Shown here piece after piece: positions 7,354 to 15,530 of a stretch of 55,451 nucleotides of DNA. Within the stretch, counting starts at the first letter, position 1. The number at the start of each line of letters is the position of its first letter. Both the position numbers and the translations under genes were made by a program. The notes under the pieces were generated by a model, which did not search any database, had not been told where the DNA came from, and saw only the letters and a list, made by a program, of their open reading frames with translations. Location of the stretch: positions 1 to 55,451 of IMG/VR virus record IMGVR_UViG_3300045988_024504. One strand, written 5' to 3'. The DNA is from a virus.

Positions 7354-7444
7354 CTCCGAAAAAAGCTAGAGGATAGAACAGGCAGATATCGCCCATCGTT
7401 AGGAGATGTGGGAATTGTCGCCCCACCTAGCTTTTTCAATAGTA

Positions 7445-7486
7445 AACCCCTGTGCGGTCATTACGACTACACAGGGGTTTTCGCTT
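7445..7486. terminator. Bidirectional terminator between convergent genes
   Basis: A 10-bp stem aacccctgtg / cacaggggtt (7445..7454 with 7470..7479) is followed by a T-rich run on both strands. Confidence 0.7.
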
Positions 7487-8124
7487 TACTTATCAGCAAT
7501 GCAATCCCAGTAGAGATATGCCTTGCCATCTGCGGCATCCGCGTCCTCAAGGAACGCCTTTGCCATGTCAGCGTAGAAGCCCGGAGTGTCAACGGACTGG
7601 CGTTTTGCGACCTGACAATAATCCGAGTACATCATGTTCATGACAGCCCAGAAATCGTTCGGGTCACAGTTGATATTGCGCTGTTTCGCAACGTCCTGCG
7701 TCTGTTCCAGCGTCCAGTGACAGCCCTTTGTGCCGTCAGCGTTCACCATGCTGTCGCACCATTCCTCTGCTTCGTCGTGGGTGAGGTGCTGGCGCGGCAT
7801 CTTGATCGAGCGGCTGTCCGCACCGCCACGTTCGTACTGTCCAGACCGCTTGTCCCAGTCTCCGTTCTGCGAGAAGCCGATTTGCGGCATCTTGCGCCCA
7901 TACTCTACGTCAGGGTAGCGGGGGATAGGGTAAGGGTCGATGTAGCGGTTTTCCTCCTGCGGATAGTAGGGATAGCGGTCGTTGCCGCCTTCCAGCTTGC
8001 GCAGACGGCGTTCCATCTCACGCTCCCTGCGGTCACGCTCTTCCTCAAGGCGGTCACGCTCCGGCTCACGGTCTTTGTCGTGGTCGCGGAGCATCATCAT
8101 GCGGCGAAAATTGTTCTTGCCCAT
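7486..8124 (-). CDS. Hypothetical protein, 212 aa, with a charged R/E/D-rich N-terminus and a Y/P-rich stretch
   Basis: ORF-track frame: RDHDKDREPERDRLEEERDRREREMERRLRKLE, then YPYYPQEENRYIDPYPIPRYP. The C-terminal globular part is not recognised. Confidence 0.6.
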   Translation of the reverse strand: MGKNNFRRMMMLRDHDKDREPERDRLEEERDRREREMERRLRKLEGGNDRYPYYPQEENRYIDPYPIPRYPDVEYGRKMPQIGFSQNGDWDKRSGQYERGGADSRSIKMPRQHLTHDEAEEWCDSMVNADGTKGCHWTLEQTQDVAKQRNINCDPNDFWAVMNMMYSDYCQVAKRQSVDTPGFYADMAKAFLEDADAADGKAYLYWDCIADK

Positions 8125-8137
8125 AATCTATACCTCC

Positions 8138-8509
8138 TTAAGAAATGGACGCGGGCGCATCAGCGTGGGAACGGCAGAAGCAGCCAAAATACTTGAACGT
8201 GCCTGTGCCAGTGGCAGACGTTGCAACGCGGGTAGCGTAGCGGGTGCGAGTGTGGATGCTTTCAGCGGTTGCCTGAGCGCAGTTGCAGTCGGTCAGAGGG
8301 TATGCGGTCGTTCCTGCACCGATGGTAATGACCACAGGAGCGTTGATGGTGGTCGTGTCCGGGATGCTCTGGGCAACTACGATGCAATACTTCTCTCCGT
8401 TCTGGTATGCGCCAGCAGGGATGTTGATGGTCAGCGTGTCATTGGCGAACGTCACCGCATCCGAGATGACGAGGTGCGGGCACAGACGGCAGCTTGTTTT
8501 GCAAGCCAT
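8138..8509 (-). CDS. Cys-rich hypothetical protein, 123 aa
   Basis: ORF-track frame. It starts MACKTSCRLCPH and contains CNC and CFC motifs. Confidence 0.6.
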   Translation of the reverse strand: MACKTSCRLCPHLVISDAVTFANDTLTINIPAGAYQNGEKYCIVVAQSIPDTTTINAPVVITIGAGTTAYPLTDCNCAQATAESIHTRTRYATRVATSATGTGTFKYFGCFCRSHADAPASIS

Positions 8510-8594
8510 AATGTTTTCCTCCTAAAAAATCAGGGGCAGAGGTGTCTTACCCCTGCCCCGATGGTTCACCCGGTGTTATCGGGGAGTGTGTGGG

Positions 8595-9467
8595 TTAGCA
8601 GCAACCGCAGCAGTTCACGCCCAAGTTGGGGTTCGCCACCTGATAAGCGGGAATCGGGCGAGGATTCACACGGTTCAGGATGGTGTCAGTCTGGGCGCTC
8701 ATCGCGGAGGTCAGAAGCGCATTCTGCCGATCCTGAGAAGCCGCGAACTTCAAGTTCTGGTTCTCAGCGGTCAGAGTGGCAATCTTGTCCTGCGTGAAGT
8801 AGTCCATCATGCTGCGGAAGTTGGCGTTGCAGTTGTCCACGATGGCGCGGGCGTTGTCTGCGATAGCCTGACGGGTAGCGCAGTCCTCCGTTGCGATGGT
8901 GTACTTCAAGTCGCCGATCAGCTGCTTGTTCTCGCAGCAGCAAGATGCCAGCTGCGTGGCAAGTGCGGTCTGACCAGCCTGCCGAGCGTTGCCCTCCTGC
9001 ATGATGGCAAGGCTGATGGCGTTGTCGCCGTTGGACACGCTGCGTTCCAGACCGTTCACGAGCTGTGCGTTCTGGTAGCCAAGCTGACAGATGGCGCTGT
9101 TCACGCCTGCAAAGCCGTTCGAGATGTTGGTGTTGACGCCGTTCATCTGTGCCAGCTGGTCATAGCCCAGAGAGCAGATACCGCTCTGGATGCCCGCCAG
9201 AGAACGGGAGGTATCCTGCTGGTAGAAGCCCTCAGACAGAGCCGCGCGAGTGTCGTTACCGCCCTGACTGGTTGCGCCAGTGCCGACCAGATAGGGGATG
9301 TAGGCGTTCATGCCGTTGTCGCCGCCGTTCCGGCCATAGCCGTTCGTGCCCCAGCCGAAGATGATGGCGAGGATGATAACCGCCCACAGACCTTCGTTGC
9401 CGAAGAATCCGCCGTTGTTATTGCCGCCGTCCTGCCCAGCCAGATAGCCAGTTGCAAAGTCGTCCAT
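8595..9467 (-). CDS. Membrane-anchored repeat protein, 290 aa, ending CCGCC
   Basis: The head is G/N-rich with a TM helix LWAVIILAIIFGW. Two internal repeats of about 30 aa are present (GIQSGICSLGYDQLAQMNGV / AGVNSAICQLGYQNAQLVNG). It also has SCCCEN and a C-terminal NCCGCC. Confidence 0.65.
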   Translation of the reverse strand: MDDFATGYLAGQDGGNNNGGFFGNEGLWAVIILAIIFGWGTNGYGRNGGDNGMNAYIPYLVGTGATSQGGNDTRAALSEGFYQQDTSRSLAGIQSGICSLGYDQLAQMNGVNTNISNGFAGVNSAICQLGYQNAQLVNGLERSVSNGDNAISLAIMQEGNARQAGQTALATQLASCCCENKQLIGDLKYTIATEDCATRQAIADNARAIVDNCNANFRSMMDYFTQDKIATLTAENQNLKFAASQDRQNALLTSAMSAQTDTILNRVNPRPIPAYQVANPNLGVNCCGCC

Positions 9468-9608
9468 AACAAAACTCCTTTCAGTTTTGCGTTATGCCAT
9501 CCCACCGCCGTGTGCGATGGGCAAAGCCAAACAAAAGCGGTTTTTGTCAAGTCCGCAAAAACTGAGAAGCGTTTCGCTTAGAGGGATACTTATTTTAGGA
9601 TTGTTAAG

Positions 9609-9770
9609 TCAGTTCGGAGGGTTGTCTTTTTTATCTTTTGGGTCATCCCACTTTTTGCTTGCAGCACCGAAAATGAAGCCAAGCATTAAAGGAACCCATA
9701 TTTTGTCATTTCCACAAAGATTGTTGATGTCAAAATCTTTTTCGGAATGACTGTTTTCAACATCATCCAT
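9609..9770 (-). CDS. Small membrane protein, 53 aa
   Basis: Read manually: MDDVENSHSEKDFDINNLCGNDKIWVPLMLGFIFGAASKKWDDPKDKKDNPPN. GAGGAG lies 9 nt upstream. Confidence 0.4.
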   Translation of the reverse strand: MDDVENSHSEKDFDINNLCGNDKIWVPLMLGFIFGAASKKWDDPKDKKDNPPN

Positions 9771-9782
9771 TGTAAAGTCTCC

Positions 9783-10034
9783 TCACTTCGGAAGCGTCAA
9801 ATTCAGGACGCTTGCCAGCTGGTTCAGGTCGATGCCACGCTCTTTGGCGAGGTTTTGCGCCATCGTTCGGAGCTGTGCTTCGTTTTTGCCCTGAATCAGG
9901 TTCAAGCCCTGCATGATGGGGGCACTTTGCCCACCCAACTGCTGGATAAGCCCCATCGGGTTTTGTCCGGCACGAGCCAGATTTGCAAGCTGCATGATAG
10001 GGCTGTGAGTAATCATATCAAACGGAGAGGGCAT
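9783..10034 (-). CDS. Hypothetical protein, 83 aa
   Basis: ORF-track frame, tightly packed in the same operon. Confidence 0.55.
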   Translation of the reverse strand: MPSPFDMITHSPIMQLANLARAGQNPMGLIQQLGGQSAPIMQGLNLIQGKNEAQLRTMAQNLAKERGIDLNQLASVLNLTLPK

Positions 10035-10037
10035 CGC

Positions 10038-10556
10038 TTATTCTCCTTTCTTTGCTGCGGCAGTGGGTTTAGAAAAGCTCTTCTGCCACTTTTCCAGTTC
10101 ATCCAGACGGTGGACGAGGGTGTTGTACTGCTCAATAGGCACATACTGCTGTGTCGGTGCAGCGGTCTGCTGTGCCTGTTGTGCTTGCATCTGCCGCCAT
10201 GCTTCCGGGCTGTAGAACTCCTGCACATAGGATTCGCAGGTGTCCGGGTTGAGCCGCTTGCAGTAGATCACGCCGCTGCGCAAGTCCGGGCAGTAGGTCG
10301 GTCTGCCGTACAGGTCGGACGGTATCGCCAAAAACTCCTCTCTGCTGGAAACAGGTCTGCCAAGCAGCCAACCGCCGTCCTGTGCCGACTGCTGAACAGG
10401 CTGCTGCCCATTCATCGGCTGCGGACGCTGCGGTTGTGCCTGTTGCATCTGCGTGTTGGGCAGGGGAGTGGCAAGCCCAACTGTGCCCATGCCGCCGTAA
10501 GGATTGACGGGCTGCTGCGGAACGTAAGGCGTTCCGGGTGCCGGATAATAGCTCAT
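10038..10556 (-). CDS. P/Q-rich low-complexity protein, 172 aa
   Basis: The ATG at 10556 is preceded by AGGAGGG. It starts MSYYPAPGTPYVPQQPVNPYGGMG...QMQQAQPQRPQPMNGQQPVQQ, followed by a Cys-containing C-terminal domain. Confidence 0.6.
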   Translation of the reverse strand: MSYYPAPGTPYVPQQPVNPYGGMGTVGLATPLPNTQMQQAQPQRPQPMNGQQPVQQSAQDGGWLLGRPVSSREEFLAIPSDLYGRPTYCPDLRSGVIYCKRLNPDTCESYVQEFYSPEAWRQMQAQQAQQTAAPTQQYVPIEQYNTLVHRLDELEKWQKSFSKPTAAAKKGE

Positions 10557-10630
10557 AAAACATCCCTCCTTGTGCATCCAGTGTACTGCATCGGCAGAAA
10601 CCGAGAGACAACGAACGCACAACGAAGGAC

Positions 10631-10673
10631 AAAAAAGAAAAGCGCTCACACGGAAAAATCCGCATGAGCGCTT
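10631..10673 (-). terminator. Rho-independent terminator in the leader of the cargo operon
   Basis: A 9-bp stem aagcgctca / tgagcgctt is followed by TTCTTTTTTG on the minus strand, 75 nt upstream of the ATG at 10556. Confidence 0.55.
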
Positions 10674-10734
10674 AAAGATATAAATATACTTATATAAAAT
10701 GATGACAAAATAGAAAGTTTTACCGTTTTATTTG

Positions 10735-10808
10735 TAAAAAATCCCCCGCTTTGCCTATAAAGTACCCCGCGTGGAATGCAGGGCTTCGGCAAAGCAGGGG
10801 ATTTTTTT
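10735..10808. terminator. Long bidirectional hairpin terminator
   Basis: The arms aatcccccgctttgcc / ggcaaagcaggggatt match at 15 of 16 positions. An A-run lies on one flank and a T-run on the other. Confidence 0.55.
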
Positions 10809-11172
10809 GTAAAATCAAGAGCGGAACCGCCCACAGGCAATGCCGCTCTCTACAAAGGCCGCAGCCTTTCAATCTGGGTCTCCTAAGTGCATAGGAATGT
10901 AAAATGGAATGAACCGCTTCCAACTATGGCAATGTCGAGGATAACGCCGAATAAGATACCAATCTCCAAAAAGGTGGAAGGTTGTGTAGTATTTTGCGAT
11001 TCTTGCCACTCGTTCTTCTTTTGTGTTGCACATAAGCATCACCATATAAAATCGTCTCCCGCATGGTACGCACTGCGAGTAGGCGCGCGGGAGACTGTTT
11101 CAAATATCCACCCTAATGTGCTTCTTCGAGAGGCTGGGTGGATTTGTTGAGATAATTATACCACAAATCGTG

Positions 11173-11208
11173 AAAAAAGAAAAGCGGCAGACCCGAAAGC
11201 CTGCCGCT
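11173..11208 (-). terminator. Strong rho-independent terminator ending the late operon
   Basis: The stem agcggcag / ctgccgct is followed by TTTCTTTTTTC on the minus strand. Confidence 0.75.
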
Positions 11209-11252
11209 TCAATGCGTTTCGTGAGAAATCACACCCAATTAAAATTATGGTA

Positions 11253-11537
11253 TCACACATCCAGCATTTTATCAATGATTTTCAACCTATTGCCGATTGA
11301 TGTCCGACAATACGGCACACGCGCTGCAATATCAACTTGGCATAGCTGGTCAACGTACCGCAACCGGGCGATTTTCCGGTCATACCTCCCAAGCGGCGCA
11401 CGTTTTATCACAGCTTTTATCTGTTCTGCATTAAGCCCTTGCAACGCTGGCGGAAAGACTATGCGAGCCGCCGCCACGGGCAGCACCGAGCCAGAAGGGC
11501 TGCGGCAACTGTCCGGAGTTGCGCACCATACTGCCAA
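11253..11537 (-). CDS. Sigma-70 region-4 / DUF1492-like small transcription regulator, with the 5' part apparently out of frame
   Basis: The C-terminus is AEQIKAVIKRAPLGRYDRKIARLRYVDQLCQVDIAARVPYCRTSIGNRLKIIDKML. The only SD-linked ATG (11652, AGGAGG-5-ATG) is in another frame. Confidence 0.45.
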   Translation of the reverse strand: MAVWCATPDSCRSPSGSVLPVAAARIVFPPALQGLNAEQIKAVIKRAPLGRYDRKIARLRYVDQLCQVDIAARVPYCRTSIGNRLKIIDKMLDV

Positions 11538-11662
11538 GCACAGAAATATGGTAACCTGTACAAACGTCTGTTCCAGCGCGGTCAGAATTTGTCTGGATAA
11601 TACTTTTTGAGCATCTCCACGGATTAAGCGGTTCGTATGTAGTGCTTGCCATGATATCCTCC

Positions 11663-11887
11663 TTACAGTGTGATTTCCTCAGCGTTCGCCTTGTCCTTAG
11701 CGTCCAGCGCGTCGTAGTACGCCTGCGCCAGAGCTTCCACCTCTGTGATGTCGTCCTCCGTCAGCAGGCCGCTGTCCAGATGGGTATACGCCTTGTCCAG
11801 CCAGTATGCCACGTCGCGTCCTGCGGCGATTTCTCGCTTGATGGATCGCAGGGTGAGATCATGCCGGGCTTTGCTTTTGATAGCCAT
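11663..11887 (-). CDS. Hypothetical protein, 74 aa
   Basis: ORF-track frame, immediately downstream of the fibre-like gene. Confidence 0.55.
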   Translation of the reverse strand: MAIKSKARHDLTLRSIKREIAAGRDVAYWLDKAYTHLDSGLLTEDDITEVEALAQAYYDALDAKDKANAEEITL

Positions 11888-11901
11888 ATGCTTTCCCTCC
11901 T

Positions 11902-13569
11902 TTAGGTCGTTGTCATGGACGCTACTGCGTCCTCAAAATTTTTAATTGCGATGTTCACGTCCCGCTGGTAGTCCAGCTTGATGCCTGCGCCGTCGCTCGC
12001 TTGCACCACGGTGTCGGGCGCGTAAGCGGTTTGGGCTTTGTATGCGGCAATTTCAGCAGGGGTGAGCGGAGTTTCTATGGGGGTGGCGAGAGCGTAATAG
12101 ATTTTGCCCAGCTGCTTTTTGCAAGACTCGTTGATCTGGCCAGAAATATCAGCCGCTTGCAGATATAGGAATTTTCCATTCGCGTTGTAAAACCACGATA
12201 AGTTGGTAAACGTACTAGCTGCGTATATTCTCTGTCCACCGACATACAAGGCGATTGGTAATCCTCTTGGCGCAAGATTGGCGTAGTTGCCAGCTTGTTC
12301 AAACTTAGTGTTTTCACCGTCAACATCAACCTTGTAAATCCTCTGCACCTTCACCCCTCTCTCCAAGTCCACCTCGTCGCACACCCACTGTTGGCCCGTG
12401 CTGTCGGTGTAGTTGCCGCCAGAGGTGACAGGGATGCCGGGCAAGCCGGTTGGGGTGGGAAGGGTGAGAGTTTGCGTTTTGCCTTTCCCATCGCTCAAGG
12501 TCACCGTCACGCTCCCGCCGTCACCTGCACTCACAATAGGCACAGGTGCATCTAGCGTGGGTGTGCCGTCCTGCGTGCTCTTACCGTACACGGTCAGGCC
12601 GCACAAGGGCGCAGGGAAAGCGTCGTCAACGGAGATAGGGTTGCCTGTTTCACTGCCTGTGAGGACGTTCTGCCGGGCCTTTACTGCGCTGATAGCGTCA
12701 CCTGTGGCTTTTGCGTCAGCGGCTTCGCCATCGTGGGTGAGGGAGGTGTCCAGTGCTACGGCAGGGCCTTGAGGCCCGGGTTGCAGCGTCAGGTTAAGCA
12801 CCGGATTTTCAGGCGTGCCGGTAATATCGGCGGAAGGTTTGTCTCCGCTGGACACCGTACCGATCGTCAGAACAGGCGTTGCACCGGTTTTGCCGGTTTG
12901 ACCATTTAAGACATCGATTGTTTTTGTACCGTCTTTGTCAGTGATGCTGACACGATGGCCATTTTCGATGTCAGTTACAGTCACAACTGGGGATTTACCG
13001 TCATTGCCGGGCTCGCCTTTGAAGTCACCGCTTGCAATGCCGTCCTTCAGCTCCTGCAGACTGTCAGCGGCTTCCTGAGCGCTCTGGTTGGCACTGCCCG
13101 CACTTGTGGCGGCTTCACTGGCCGCCGTCTGTGCATCGGTCTTAGCCTGCTCTGCGGCGGTGGCATCGGTGTGCACGGCATCTACCAGCTGCTGCCATGC
13201 AGGAGTGCCCGGTTCCGGCTCTGTGCCGTCCTCTGTGCCGGAGTTGGCGCTGACACGATACCGCAGATCTGCGCTGGTGACGGTCTTTGTGCCGTCGCTG
13301 CCTTCAAAGGTGATGCACCCGCTCCCGGGCTGTGCGGTCACGCTGGCGGGCACGTCCACATAGCCGTCCACCACCAGCGAGGATGCCGGGTCTTTGCCGT
13401 CCGGGACGTGCCAGAAGCAGCGGATAGCCAGCCCTTCCCACTCGCCGGTGGCAGTGACGGTAAGGCGGTACACGCCCCTGTTCTTGGTGTAGCCAAAGCG
13501 CACCAGCTGCTCATAGCCGGGCAACTTTGCCGTGCCGTTGGATGCGAGAGATACGCTTTGCTCGATCAT
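11902..13569 (-). CDS. Tail-fibre / receptor-binding-like protein, 555 aa
   Basis: It has a Gly-X-Y-like stretch (GEPGNDGKSP...GQTGKTGATP...QPGPQGP). The motif GEAADAKATGDAISAVKA is shared with the fibre at 15531..16421. Confidence 0.65.
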   Translation of the reverse strand: MIEQSVSLASNGTAKLPGYEQLVRFGYTKNRGVYRLTVTATGEWEGLAIRCFWHVPDGKDPASSLVVDGYVDVPASVTAQPGSGCITFEGSDGTKTVTSADLRYRVSANSGTEDGTEPEPGTPAWQQLVDAVHTDATAAEQAKTDAQTAASEAATSAGSANQSAQEAADSLQELKDGIASGDFKGEPGNDGKSPVVTVTDIENGHRVSITDKDGTKTIDVLNGQTGKTGATPVLTIGTVSSGDKPSADITGTPENPVLNLTLQPGPQGPAVALDTSLTHDGEAADAKATGDAISAVKARQNVLTGSETGNPISVDDAFPAPLCGLTVYGKSTQDGTPTLDAPVPIVSAGDGGSVTVTLSDGKGKTQTLTLPTPTGLPGIPVTSGGNYTDSTGQQWVCDEVDLERGVKVQRIYKVDVDGENTKFEQAGNYANLAPRGLPIALYVGGQRIYAASTFTNLSWFYNANGKFLYLQAADISGQINESCKKQLGKIYYALATPIETPLTPAEIAAYKAQTAYAPDTVVQASDGAGIKLDYQRDVNIAIKNFEDAVASMTTT

Positions 13570-13572
13570 AAA

Positions 13573-13908
13573 TTACTCCTTGTTGATGGTAGGCTTCTTT
13601 TCTGCCAGTGCCTTTTTCATCATGCTGACGGCCTTTTCAATCACGCTGTCCAGCACTTCATCGGTGATGAAAGGCTTCAGCCAGTCCGGCAGTGCGCCGC
13701 GCAGCGCAGCAAAGACCTGCGCCTTTTTCTTCGCGCCCTGACCGCTACCCATGATGCTGTCCTCAGCGATGGTCACGAGCTCCAGTGCCCAGCGCTTGAC
13801 GTACTGCTTGTAACCCAGCCGGATAGCGCCAACAGCCAGCGCGGCAAAGCCGATGAACATCAGTACCAGTGCGATGGGTGCGGGGATAAAGTTAAACATT
13901 GCTTCCAT
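13573..13908 (-). CDS. Holin, LL-H-like
   Basis: The N-terminal TM segment is FIPAPIALVLMFIGFAALAVGAI, followed by an amphipathic tail. It lies next to the endolysin. Confidence 0.6.
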   Translation of the reverse strand: MEAMFNFIPAPIALVLMFIGFAALAVGAIRLGYKQYVKRWALELVTIAEDSIMGSGQGAKKKAQVFAALRGALPDWLKPFITDEVLDSVIEKAVSMMKKALAEKKPTINKE

Positions 13909-14281
13909 GATTTGTTACTCCTTTCAGTAGGTAGTTGTTGATATCGGATTTGCTTTTTTGCATACCTTCGCGGTTGTTGCCGGACAGCTGCGAATCCAAA
14001 AGATTTTGCACGCCAACAAGGACGAGACGCATCTCTTCATCGAGGCCGTCAAAGCGGCGCAGGTCTCTTGCAAGGGCCTGTGCGTGCTGAAGCTGTCCCT
14101 GTTCCAGCACGCCAAGTCTTTTTTCGAGCGTATCCATTCGCTTGTTCTGCGCATCGTCTGGGGCCTGTGCATTTTTGACGTACTTGTGGATGATGTCCAA
14201 CACCTTGTCGATGGTGATGACCGCAGCGCACAGGCTGCCCAGAATGCCCAGCACCCACAGTAAAGCTTCTTTTTCGGTCAT
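13892..14281 (-). CDS. Membrane protein of the lysis cassette, 129 aa
   Basis: The N-terminal TM segment is LLWVLGILGSLCAAVITI. The ATG overlaps the endolysin stop (ATGA). Confidence 0.55.
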   Translation of the reverse strand: MTEKEALLWVLGILGSLCAAVITIDKVLDIIHKYVKNAQAPDDAQNKRMDTLEKRLGVLEQGQLQHAQALARDLRRFDGLDEEMRLVLVGVQNLLDSQLSGNNREGMQKSKSDINNYLLKGVTNHGSNV

Positions 14282-14931
14282 TTACCCTCCCGGAGACGGG
14301 TCAGACCCTTCTTGCTGATGATACCCGCATAGTCCTTGTATGCGTGGGACATGTCAACGTTAGTGGCCACACCGGGTACACGCGCCGTGCTGGTGTACTG
14401 CCACATGCCAAAGGGCCAGCTGGGAGCGGGCTTCTTCGTGCGGTAAGCAGCCAGCCACACGTCGTATGGCTTCAGGGCCGCGCCGCCCATGTAGAGGAAG
14501 GTGCTGCCGAACCACAGGCCGGTGTAGAGCAGAGCGTACATGCCCCAGCTTTCCACCGTGCTCAGCATGTAAGCTGTCAGGTCGGTCAGCGCGGCCTTGC
14601 CAAGCGGCTGCTGCACCTCGTCCTCGATGTCCACGGCCACCGGCAGCTCAAAGCTCCGGCCGGTGAGCAGCTTCTTGAAGTAGGCCAGCTCTTTGTCGGC
14701 CTGCTCCCGGTTGACTGCCTTGAAATAGCCATACACGCCGCAGGGGATGCCCAGCCGCTTGCACTCGGAATAGTTGCGAGCAAACTGCGGGTCGGTGTAG
14801 GGCGCACTGGGCCTGCCCGCTGCGCTGTTGCCCATGGCGCGAATCATCACGCCGTCCACTTTTCCGCTCGCCTTGACCTTGTCCCAGTTGATCGTACCCT
14901 GATGCCGGGACACGTCCATAATTTCAGCCAT
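14278..14931 (-). CDS. GH25 muramidase endolysin
   Basis: MDVSRHQGTINWDKVKASGKVDGVMIRA is the GH25 signature. AAGGAGGA precedes the ATG at 14931. Confidence 0.88.
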   Translation of the reverse strand: MAEIMDVSRHQGTINWDKVKASGKVDGVMIRAMGNSAAGRPSAPYTDPQFARNYSECKRLGIPCGVYGYFKAVNREQADKELAYFKKLLTGRSFELPVAVDIEDEVQQPLGKAALTDLTAYMLSTVESWGMYALLYTGLWFGSTFLYMGGAALKPYDVWLAAYRTKKPAPSWPFGMWQYTSTARVPGVATNVDMSHAYKDYAGIISKKGLTRLREGK

Positions 14932-14941
14932 AGCGTCCTCC

Positions 14942-15088
14942 TTACTGCGTGATTTCCTCAAAGCCGCTCTTGATAAGAATCGCCTTCACCTTCTCCTTCA
15001 GCAGGCGAGGGCAACGCTCATACAGCGCCTTTGCATCCTCCATAGTCTCAGCAGACATGATTTCCTGTGCCCACAACATTGCCATCAT
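14942..15088 (-). CDS. Small hypothetical protein (start uncertain)
   Basis: ORF-track frame 14942..15133, trimmed to an internal ATG after AAAGGA. Confidence 0.4.
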   Translation of the reverse strand: MMAMLWAQEIMSAETMEDAKALYERCPRLLKEKVKAILIKSGFEEITQ

Positions 15089-15119
15089 AAATACCATCCT
15101 TTCGATTTTTTGTGTGATT

Positions 15120-15512
15120 TTATGCATAAACAATCTCGCTCATTTCAAGCAAGCACTGTTTCAACATCTCGTTTTCTTTTTGCAGTGCCGCCACCGTGTC
15201 CGGCAGCTTCTCCCGGGCTTCGGCCTTTTTGCGTTCTTCCTCCTGCGCAGCCAGCTCTTCGGCGGTGTAGCGGATGTACTTCTGGATGGGCACCTGTTCC
15301 ACCCATTCTTCCTGTGCCTGAACGCCGGGGCGGTCAACGACCTTCTGCACGTCCCTGCCGCCGTTGGGGTACTCGGTCACGGTCTCCCAGTGCCACTGCT
15401 CCTCCACGCCATCTATGGCGGGGTGGGTGACTTCTTCGGTGTCAGCTGTCAGATAACCCAGCGTCAGGTCCGGGTTTTCCACGACCGCGCCGGTCTCGTC
15501 GATGATCTTCAT
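15120..15512 (-). CDS. Tail-fibre-associated hypothetical protein, 130 aa
   Basis: ORF-track frame with a coiled-coil C-terminus, located between the fibre and lysis genes. Confidence 0.55.
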   Translation of the reverse strand: MKIIDETGAVVENPDLTLGYLTADTEEVTHPAIDGVEEQWHWETVTEYPNGGRDVQKVVDRPGVQAQEEWVEQVPIQKYIRYTAEELAAQEEERKKAEAREKLPDTVAALQKENEMLKQCLLEMSEIVYA

Positions 15513-15530
15513 AAGTCAAAACCTCCTTTC

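Noticed and set aside
10810-11170. Small ORFs in the 500-bp gap after the late-operon terminator (a 59-aa minus-strand frame MVMLMCNTKEERVARIAKYY..., and a TM-like frame LEIGILFGVILDIAIVGSGSF with no start codon)
   Set aside because: The frames are mutually exclusive, and none has both a convincing start with a ribosome-binding site and a protein-like composition. The region is left unannotated.
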